Origin: Abditibacteriaceae bacterium
GTDB lineage: Bacteria; Armatimonadota; Abditibacteriia; Abditibacteriales; Abditibacteriaceae
Reading direction: 5' to 3'
DNA: 15,706 nucleotides
NCBI GenBank assembly: GCA_031372065.1
Contig: JANMKN010000045.1
Location: 1-15,706 of the forward strand
The notes under the pieces were generated by a model, which made no database searches, was not told the origin of the DNA, and was given only the letters and a program-made list of their open reading frames with translations. The position numbers were made by a program, and so were the translations under genes. Below are positions 7,473 to 14,377 of the stretch, in pieces. How positions within the stretch are numbered: position 1 is the first letter of the stretch; each line of letters starts with the position of its first letter.

Positions 7473-7988
7473 TTATTTTGGCGCTTCAACATCGAAAACG
7501 AAGTCTTCGACGAGCAATGCGATTTGCCGCCCGCGCCACGCCAAACGCGCTTTGCCTCGCAAGGAAAACGGCACACGCACTTCTTGATTATTCAGCGTTT
7601 GCACGCAAAAGAACCGAACGCAAAGCGGAATGCGCGGCCCGAAAGCGCGCAAGCGATAAACCGCGTCGCCTTTGCGAAATTCGATGCGCTTTGCGCGTTG
7701 CTGCCAGCGCAAATCCGCCAACTGCTTGGGAAAACCCCAATTTTCGATGCCGCCGCGCCGCGCTTTTTCGCTGGTGACAAGCATTTCCACGACGCGCGGC
7801 CCGCGCTTTGTTAAAACGCAGCGCGCGAATTCTTCGTAGGCGCCCACGGGCGAGGTTTGATAACGCACCAACGCCGCGCCGCCGCTGTTTGAAAGCAGCA
7901 GCGCGGCGTTTCCAGTCAGGCGCCAAGGCGCCTGCGGCAGTTTTGAGTTAGGAGTTGTGAGTTCAAAGTTATCGGGAGGCAAATTCAA
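7473..7988 (-). CDS. Acetoacetate-decarboxylase-like family protein (short form)
   Basis: 'PQAPWRLTG', 'Y.TSPVGAYEE', 'GIENWGFPK'. No in-frame ATG outside tkt; best start is TTG at 7988 with AGGAG 7 nt upstream. Confidence 0.65.
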   Translation of the reverse strand: MNLPPDNFELTTPNSKLPQAPWRLTGNAALLLSNSGGAALVRYQTSPVGAYEEFARCVLTKRGPRVVEMLVTSEKARRGGIENWGFPKQLADLRWQQRAKRIEFRKGDAVYRLRAFGPRIPLCVRFFCVQTLNNQEVRVPFSLRGKARLAWRGRQIALLVEDFVFDVEAPK

Positions 7989-8021
7989 CTCAAAACTCCT
8001 GACTCTCAATTCATAACTCAA
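7942..8021. repeat. Inverted heptamer tandem-repeat element B
   Basis: tttgagt taggagt tgtgagt tcaaagt, a spacer, then aactcaa aactcct gactctc aattcat aactcaa. Contains the tkt stop codon. Confidence 0.8.
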
Positions 8022-9847
8022 CGCACCGCGTTGGCAATGTGCTTGGCGGAAATGCCGTAGGCGTCCAGCAGTTCGGCAGGTTTGCCGGAGGCGGGCATTT
8101 TCCTGATGCACAAATGGGTGATTTTGGGCAGCGTTTCGAGGCCGCTTTCGACTAATGCCGACAAAACGGTTTCGCCCAAACCGCCTTGTGCCCAATGGTC
8201 TTCGGCGATGATAAGATGACCAGTTTCTTCGGCAGCTTTGCGCAGTGTGTTCAGGGTGGTTTTGTTGAGCGGCTTGAGCGAATAAAGGTCAATGACGCGG
8301 ATTTTGGTGCCGCTTTCGGCCAATTCGTCGGCGGCTTTGATGGCTTCGTGCAGCGTGATGCCCGCGCCGATAACAGTGGCTGCGTCGCCTTTGCGCACAG
8401 TTTTGCAGCCGCCAATCGGGAATTTCTCGGTTGATTTATAAAGCACCGGCGTTTTTTCGCGCGTTGAACGCAAGAAAACGATGCCTTTCAAATCTTTCAT
8501 CGTTTCGACTAAAACCGCTGTGGAGGTGGCATCGGACGGATACAAAACTGTCGAGCCATGCACCGAACGGAACATCGCGAGGTCTTCCAAAGCCATCTGC
8601 GAGGGGCCATCTTCGCCAATCGAAACGCCAGCGTGTGAGCCGCACAATTTGATGTCGGCTTGCGAAATGGCACCCATGCGAATTTGGTCAAAGGCGCGAG
8701 AGAAAAACGCGGCGAAGGTGGAGCAATACGGCTTTTTGTTGCGGTTTTGCAAGCCGACAGCGGCGCTGATGAGTTGCTGCTCGGCAATGTAGATTTCAAA
8801 AAAGCGCTCCGGCACTGCGCGCTTGATGTATTCCGCATACGTTGAGTTGGAAACTTCGGCATCCAGCACGACAACATCCGCGTTGCGCGCGCCGACGGAT
8901 TCGAGCGCGTCGCCATAAGCCTGACGCGTGGCGACCACATCGCCGACTTTGTATTCGGGCAGCGGCACCTCTTTGGTGCGCGGCGTTTTGGGCTTGTTGA
9001 GTTTCGGTTTGGCGACTTTTATAACCATGTGGCTTTCGCCGCCCAGTTCTGCAATCGCGGTGGCGGCTTGTTCTTCGTTCATCGCTTTGCCATGCCAGCC
9101 GTCTTTGTCGGCGGTCAGCGAAGCGCCGTGACCTTTTTCGGTTTTGGCGATGATGCACACCGGCTTGTCGCTGCCTTCGACTTGTGCGAACGCGGCGTCA
9201 ATTTCTTCGATGTTGTGGCCGTCCACTACGATGGCGTTCCAGCCAAAGGCTTCGGCGCGCGCTTTATAAATTTCCGTATGCCAGCCCAGCATGGTTTCGC
9301 CGCGCTGACCCAAACGGTTGACATCAATAATCGCCACGAGGTTGTTCAATTCGTAGTGCGAAGCGATTTCAAAGCCTTCCCACACGCTGCCTTCAGCCAT
9401 TTCGGAGTCGCCCAAAATAACCCAAACTTTGAAAGGCAACTTGTCCAGATATTTGCCGGAAATGGCATCGCCAACGCCAACGCTAAGGCCTTGACCAAGC
9501 GAACCTGTGGCGGCTTCGACCCATTTGATGTCGGGCGTGGGATGACCCTCGAAAATCGAGCCGAATTGACGCAGTGAGAGCAGTTGTTCATCGCTGATTG
9601 CGCCAGCGGCTTTGTAGGCCGAATATAAAAGTGGGCAGGCGTGGCCTTTGGAAAAAATCAGGCTGTCGTTGTTGGGGTTTTCGGGCGCATCGAAATCGTA
9701 GCGCAGATATTTCGCCATCAAGACGGCCATTAAATCGGCGCCCGACATCGAAGAAGTCGGATGCCCTGATCCGGCTTTGGTGGTGCAGCGAATGCTGTCC
9801 ACGCGCAATTGGTTCGCAAGTTGTTTCAAGTCCAGTGATTTAGCCAT
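8018..9847 (-). CDS. tkt: Transketolase (animal-TKT-like sequence type)
   Basis: 'GSGHPTS', 'FSKGHA', 'ATGSLGQG', ThDP motif 'GDSEMAEG...N', 'IAEQ', 'SIGEDGPSQM'. ATG 9847 is preceded by AGGAG. Confidence 0.93.
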   Translation of the reverse strand: MAKSLDLKQLANQLRVDSIRCTTKAGSGHPTSSMSGADLMAVLMAKYLRYDFDAPENPNNDSLIFSKGHACPLLYSAYKAAGAISDEQLLSLRQFGSIFEGHPTPDIKWVEAATGSLGQGLSVGVGDAISGKYLDKLPFKVWVILGDSEMAEGSVWEGFEIASHYELNNLVAIIDVNRLGQRGETMLGWHTEIYKARAEAFGWNAIVVDGHNIEEIDAAFAQVEGSDKPVCIIAKTEKGHGASLTADKDGWHGKAMNEEQAATAIAELGGESHMVIKVAKPKLNKPKTPRTKEVPLPEYKVGDVVATRQAYGDALESVGARNADVVVLDAEVSNSTYAEYIKRAVPERFFEIYIAEQQLISAAVGLQNRNKKPYCSTFAAFFSRAFDQIRMGAISQADIKLCGSHAGVSIGEDGPSQMALEDLAMFRSVHGSTVLYPSDATSTAVLVETMKDLKGIVFLRSTREKTPVLYKSTEKFPIGGCKTVRKGDAATVIGAGITLHEAIKAADELAESGTKIRVIDLYSLKPLNKTTLNTLRKAAEETGHLIIAEDHWAQGGLGETVLSALVESGLETLPKITHLCIRKMPASGKPAELLDAYGISAKHIANAVR

Positions 9848-9955
9848 AAAAGCAAGCTCCTGTGAGGTTTCAGACAATGCCAAAGTCGGCTAACAATATA
9901 CTAACAATTGCGTTGGTTGTTTACGCCTTGTGCAAATAGCAGTTGAATTTATTGC

Positions 9956-9984
9956 TTGATTCACTGTAACAGGCGCGTGATACT
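9956..9984 (+). promoter_or_regulatory. Possible sigma70-type promoter for rbsK
   Basis: TTGATT-N17-GATACT in the AT-rich divergent intergenic region. Weak match. Confidence 0.25.
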
Positions 9985-10037
9985 GAGCCGCGCGATGGAT
10001 TTTCAAACTGTCCAAAAATTGACGAGGAATTGAACTC

Positions 10038-10964
10038 ATGTCCCAACTGTGTGATGTCGTTGTCATCGGGTCGTCGAATATAGATATGACCGTGCGTTGC
10101 CGCGAATTACCGCTTCCGGGCCAAACGATTTTGGGCGAAGATTTCGCCACTACTCCCGGCGGCAAAGGGGCGAATCAGGCGGTAGCAGCGGCCAAATGCG
10201 GCGCCAAAACGCAGCTTGTGGCGCGTCTTGGCAACGATTTGTTTGCGGAAGCCTCTTGTGCTTCCTATAAAGCCGCCGGACTGGGCACCGATTACGTTGT
10301 CAACGATGAAAGCACGGCATCGGGCGTGGCATTGATTTTTGTAGATCAGCGCGGCGAAAACGAAATCGTCGTTGCACCGGGCGCCAATATGAAACTGCGC
10401 CCGCAAGATGTCGAAGCCGCGCGCCCGGTTATCGAAAGCGCCAAAGTGATGATTTTGCAACTGGAAATTCCGATGGAAACCGTATTGCGCGCGGTGGAAC
10501 TCGCGGTGGAAAACCAGACCAAAGTCATCCTCAATCCCGCGCCCGCGCGCATTTTGCCCGCCGCTTTATTAAGTAAAGTGGACATCTTAGTCGCTAATGA
10601 AACCGAGATTTTAGTTCTCACCGGCGCCGACGATGTCAATGTTTCCAACGCCGCCGCCGCTTGCAAACCACTTCTTGATGCGGGCGTAGAATCAATTATC
10701 ACCACGCTGGGCAAAGACGGCGCGCTTATTACCGCCGGAGTCGGCGCCACACGCGTGCCCGGTTTTCGCGTGCAAGCCGTGGATACCACAGCAGCGGGCG
10801 ACACTTTCACAGGCGCGCTCGGCGCGGCTTTAGCCGAAGGCAAACCACTCGAAGAAGCTGTGCATTTCGCCAACGCCGCCGCCGCCTTAGCCTGCACCGT
10901 TCACGGCGCGCAAGTTTCCATCCCGACAAGAGCGCAAGTGGACGCGAAATTATTGGACGGATAA
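10038..10964 (+). CDS. rbsK: Ribokinase (PfkB family)
   Basis: 'GSSNID', 'PGGKGANQAVAAA', 'QLEIP', 'LNPAPA', 'NETE', 'VDTTAAGDTF.G'. GAGG RBS upstream. Confidence 0.93.
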   Translation: MSQLCDVVVIGSSNIDMTVRCRELPLPGQTILGEDFATTPGGKGANQAVAAAKCGAKTQLVARLGNDLFAEASCASYKAAGLGTDYVVNDESTASGVALIFVDQRGENEIVVAPGANMKLRPQDVEAARPVIESAKVMILQLEIPMETVLRAVELAVENQTKVILNPAPARILPAALLSKVDILVANETEILVLTGADDVNVSNAAAACKPLLDAGVESIITTLGKDGALITAGVGATRVPGFRVQAVDTTAAGDTFTGALGAALAEGKPLEEAVHFANAAAALACTVHGAQVSIPTRAQVDAKLLDG

Positions 10965-10968
10965 TTCG

Positions 10969-11017
10969 AATGTGAAATGCGGAGTGTGAAATGAGTCCGC
11001 ATTCCGCATTCCGCATT
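10969..11017. repeat. Inverted heptamer tandem-repeat element C
   Basis: aatgtga aatgcgg agtgtga aatgagt, then ccgcatt x3 (reverse complement of aatgcgg). Confidence 0.8.
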
Positions 11018-11019
11018 AA

Positions 11020-11310
11020 ATGAACCTCACGCCACTCGAAGATTTGCTCGCGCGTCACGACTTAAAAACCGCGCCGGAATGGAGCTTGCTCGATATGCAA
11101 GCGCAACTCGGCGAACTGACGCGCGCCTTATTAAAGCAAACCCAATTTGGCCGTGAAGAAATTCAACTGCCGCCCGAAATCGCTCGCGAAAAAATCGGCG
11201 ACCTCTTGTTTGCCCTCGCCTACTTCGCGCATTTGCACAACGTTGATCTCGAAACCGCGCTGCACAATTCCATTGCGCGCTTTGAGAAGAAGTTAGAAGG
11301 AATCAAATGA
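11020..11310 (+). CDS. Small MazG-like nucleotide pyrophosphohydrolase-domain protein (degenerate motif)
   Basis: 'LGELTRALLK' and 'IGDLLFALAYFA..NVDLETAL' match the all-alpha MazG-like pattern. Stop overlaps the next start (ATGA). Confidence 0.65.
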   Translation: MNLTPLEDLLARHDLKTAPEWSLLDMQAQLGELTRALLKQTQFGREEIQLPPEIAREKIGDLLFALAYFAHLHNVDLETALHNSIARFEKKLEGIK

Positions 11311-11531
11311 CAACCACATCCGAGCGCATCGCTATTGATCCTTTGATTTTGCATGGGCAAGCCCACGTCAAAGGCACACGTTTGCCAGTTCATCAACTCG
11401 TCGCCATGTTAGCCAACGGCGACAGCATCGAAGATTTGCTGGAAGAATACCCTTCGCTAACGCGCGACGATATTTTGGCGTGCTTGGCGTATGTCGCAGA
11501 ATTGGCGCAAGAAACGTATGCTGCGATTTGA
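11307..11531 (+). CDS. DUF433-family antitoxin (VapB45-like)
   Basis: 'RIAIDP.ILHG.AHVKGTRLPV..LV.MLANG.SIEDLLEEYPSLTRDDILACLAY'. Confidence 0.92.
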   Translation: MTTTSERIAIDPLILHGQAHVKGTRLPVHQLVAMLANGDSIEDLLEEYPSLTRDDILACLAYVAELAQETYAAI

Positions 11532-11607
11532 TTTCGATGTAGTAATGGTTAATCCACCTTATATGATTTCATATTTGATTTCTACTGCGACACGGGTGCT
11601 TTTCTAA
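11518..11607 (+). pseudogene. Possible relic of an amino-DNA methyltransferase gene
   Basis: Short frame MLRFDFDVVMVNPPYMISYLISTATRVLF* contains FDVVMVNPPY (11533-11562), resembling motif IV FDxVxGNPPY, in an AT-rich spacer. Confidence 0.4.
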
Positions 11608-11774
11608 AAATCAGATTTTTGTGCCATTTAATGCCGTTTTGGGCCTGAATTTCCTACTAATCCGCTGTTTTCTGCTTGCAAATCAAGATTTTATATCTTT
11701 ACGAGTAAGCGAAAGCAGACGTAACAAAGTATTTTCTCTCTTCATTAGCTTTTTGTTTTGCGATACTCGGCAAT

Positions 11775-12131
11775 ATGCGAATTTTGGTTGATGAAAATAT
11801 TCCGAAAATCACGGTTCAGGCGATCATAGATTTAAATCATGATGTTTTGGATGTGCGCGGCACGCCAGAGGAAGGCATTAATGACCAGCAACTTTGGCAA
11901 CTCGCTCAAAGTGAAACGCGCTTACTCATCAGCACGGATAAAGGTTTTGCTCATCGGCGATTCGAGTCGCATTACGGCATACTGCTTATCGTTTTGCATC
12001 AGCCAAATCGTCAGAAAATTCACGAGCGCGTTTTAAAAGCTCTGACTCAATTTGGAGAAAGCGATTGGCCGAATCAGTTGGTCATTATGCGCGACGCAGT
12101 GCAAAGTCTGTTTCCTCCACGAGAATTATGA
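11775..12131 (+). CDS. DUF5615-family PIN-like toxin (VapC45-like)
   Basis: '[10 protein letters not shown]', 'HDVLDV', '[16 protein letters not shown]', 'GILL'. Follows a DUF433 gene. Confidence 0.88.
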   Translation: MRILVDENIPKITVQAIIDLNHDVLDVRGTPEEGINDQQLWQLAQSETRLLISTDKGFAHRRFESHYGILLIVLHQPNRQKIHERVLKALTQFGESDWPNQLVIMRDAVQSLFPPREL

Positions 12132-12670
12132 TTCCTACATTTCATGCCACGACAATTTGCGCGGTGCGGCGCGATGGCCAAACCGCCATTGCGGGCGATG
12201 GACAGGTCAGCGTCGAGCATCATATCGTCAAAAACAGCGCGCGCAAGGTGCGGCGTTTGGCGGGCGATAAAGTCATCGCCGGTTTCGCGGGCGGCGCCGC
12301 CGATGCCATTACGCTGTTTGAAAAATTCGAGGCCAAACTCGAAGCTTATCGGGGCAACTTGCGCCGCGCGGCCATTGAACTCGCTAAAGATTGGCGCACT
12401 GACCGCGTTTTGCGACGCCTTGAAGCCTTGATGATCGTCGCCGATGCCAACGATATGTTTCTCATTTCGGGCAATGGCGACATTATCGAACCGGACGAAG
12501 GCATCGCCGCCATCGGCAGCGGCGGCACCTTTGCGCAAGCAGCAGCCACAGCGCTACTTCGTCATACCGAAATGAGCGCCGAAGAAATCGCAAAGCAGGC
12601 TTTGCACATCGCGGCGGGCATTTGCATCTACACTAACGACAATATCACCGTCGAAACGGTGAAAAGCTAA
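12128..12670 (+). CDS. hslV: ATP-dependent protease peptidase subunit HslV
   Basis: [13 protein letters not shown] (catalytic N-terminal Thr after a short propeptide), 'AGDGQV', 'GFAG..ADA.TLFEKFE', '[16 protein letters not shown]', 'AIGSGG', 'ICIYTN'. Confidence 0.97.
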   Translation: MIPTFHATTICAVRRDGQTAIAGDGQVSVEHHIVKNSARKVRRLAGDKVIAGFAGGAADAITLFEKFEAKLEAYRGNLRRAAIELAKDWRTDRVLRRLEALMIVADANDMFLISGNGDIIEPDEGIAAIGSGGTFAQAAATALLRHTEMSAEEIAKQALHIAAGICIYTNDNITVETVKS

Positions 12671-12687
12671 CGAGGAAAGAACTGATT

Positions 12688-13686
12688 ATGAAACCTGTTT
12701 TTGCTCTTTGCCCTTTGCTTTTGGCCCATGTCGCTTTAGCTGCCGAAAAGCCGAAAACACCAACCCCGCCGCCCGTCAAAGGCGCCGTGCAAATGGCTGG
12801 CGACAACGGACAAATCGGCACTACCTACACTATTGGCGCCACAGGGCCGCTTAATTTCACACTGAACAGTGCCGAATTTACAGCGACGCGCGCCCTATTC
12901 GGCGAAGCGACCATCGCGCCCAAAAGCGACGAAAAACTGCTGCTGCTCAAAGGCACGATTCACAATCCCAATAAAGACCTGACCGGCTTCGACTGGGGCA
13001 CGCTGCGTTTTACCGCCATTGACCCCAACGATGCCAATCACGAATATGAAAACGCCGTAGCCAAAATGGGCAGCAATGAAGTAATCAATGTCGAACTCAA
13101 ACCGGCGCAGAAAATGGATGTGTTTTACGTGATCCGCGTGCCGATTAAAGGCCCGATTCCCAAATTGATGGTGGCACATCAGAGCGGCGGCAAAGTTTTG
13201 CGCTACGATCTGCGCAAAGTCGCCAAAGCCTTGCCCGCGCCGTTTGCCGATAGCGCGGACGCTTCCGGCGCGACGGGACTGTCAGAAATCAAAAGCGAAG
13301 TCGGCACGTTTTATCCGCTGCAAAATTTCGATGTCAAACTGGTTGGCACCACGTTTCAAGACGGCAAATTGGGCGAATTTGAACCCGAAGAAGGCAAGCG
13401 CTTTTTGGTGGCAACGGTTGTCATCAAAAACGCCGGTGCCACCGCAGCCTATTACGACGCCAGCACTTTTGCAGCGGCTTTAACCGACGGTGAAGGCGAA
13501 AAATCCGACAGCATGGGGTTTCTCAAAACCACGCGTCCCGAAGGCGCCAGCGGCGATTTAAAACCCGGCGCGGAATACACGGGCCGCTTTTTCTTCGCCC
13601 TGCCCAAAGACGGCAAAGCGAAAACCCTGAGCCTCTCCGAAGGCGAATCGCGCACTTTTCATTTCGATGTCAGCAACACGAAGTAG
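12688..13686 (+). CDS. Exported protein with two DUF4352-like beta-sandwich domains
   Basis: GAGG RBS, signal peptide ending VALA, Pro-rich linker. Two similar halves: 'PKSDEKLLLLKGTIHN'/'PEEGKRFLVATVVIKN' and 'ELKPAQ..VFYVIRVP'/'DLKPGA..GRFFFALP'. Confidence 0.65.
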   Translation: MKPVFALCPLLLAHVALAAEKPKTPTPPPVKGAVQMAGDNGQIGTTYTIGATGPLNFTLNSAEFTATRALFGEATIAPKSDEKLLLLKGTIHNPNKDLTGFDWGTLRFTAIDPNDANHEYENAVAKMGSNEVINVELKPAQKMDVFYVIRVPIKGPIPKLMVAHQSGGKVLRYDLRKVAKALPAPFADSADASGATGLSEIKSEVGTFYPLQNFDVKLVGTTFQDGKLGEFEPEEGKRFLVATVVIKNAGATAAYYDASTFAAALTDGEGEKSDSMGFLKTTRPEGASGDLKPGAEYTGRFFFALPKDGKAKTLSLSEGESRTFHFDVSNTK

Positions 13687-13753
13687 TGGTCAGTGATCAG
13701 CAGTCGGTGTGCAGTAAATTTCTGACCACTGCCTGCTGACTACCGCCCACTGA
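13684..13753. repeat. Inverted heptamer tandem-repeat element D
   Basis: tagtggt cagtgat cagcagt cggtgtg cagtaaa, then tctgacc actgcct gctgact accgccc actga. Begins at the upstream stop codon. Confidence 0.78.
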
Positions 13754-13757
13754 AATA

Positions 13758-14246
13758 ATGTCCGAGCAGCCCCCTATTGACGACAGTTGGTATCAGCGCC
13801 CGCCGCGTGTGCGCACGCGGCGTTCGGCGGGCGGCGTTGTGGTGCGGCGCGACGGGGCACAAAATGGCGGCAAAATCGTGGTCGCTTTGGCGCGCGAGGG
13901 CAAATGGCCGCTGTTTGTCTTGCCCAAAGGCGGCATCGAACGCGGCGAGCATCCCGAAGCCGCCGCGCGCCGCGAAATCGCCGAAGAAATTGGCATCGGT
14001 AAACTGAAATTCTTGGCCGATCTTGGTAAGCACGGGCGCTGCGGATGGAACAAAAAAGTGTGGATTGTCACGCATTTTTTCTTGTATTCCACCACGCAAA
14101 CCGAAGGCACGCCGCTCGATGACAAGCGCCATTTCGGTGTCTGGTGGCACCCAATTGACGCCCTGCCCGAAATGCTGTGGCCCGATCAGCAAAAACTCAT
14201 CGAAACCAACCGAGAACGCATCGAAAAACTTTTATCGCCCAAATAA
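13758..14246 (+). CDS. Nudix hydrolase
   Basis: 'SAGGVV' and an intact Nudix box LPKGGIERGEHPEAAARREIAEEIG. Confidence 0.9.
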   Translation: MSEQPPIDDSWYQRPPRVRTRRSAGGVVVRRDGAQNGGKIVVALAREGKWPLFVLPKGGIERGEHPEAAARREIAEEIGIGKLKFLADLGKHGRCGWNKKVWIVTHFFLYSTTQTEGTPLDDKRHFGVWWHPIDALPEMLWPDQQKLIETNRERIEKLLSPK

Positions 14247-14377
14247 ACCGCCATGCCTTCGGCAACGCCAAAACCAAGCAAAACGACGCGATTTCTTGAT
14301 AATTGCGTTGTCGGGTGGCCTTTGGGCAGGGCGAGATGAAATTTGCGTGGGCGAAGTCTTAGCGGCAAATTAAAAAC

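Noticed and set aside
7989..8195. 240-aa version of the ADC-like ORF overlapping tkt
   Set aside because: The extension is an out-of-frame reading of the tkt 3' end and has no protein-like features.
11532..12127. CIRCE heat-shock operator upstream of hslV
   Set aside because: I found no TTAGCACTC-N9-GAGTGCTAA match by eye here or upstream of hslU.
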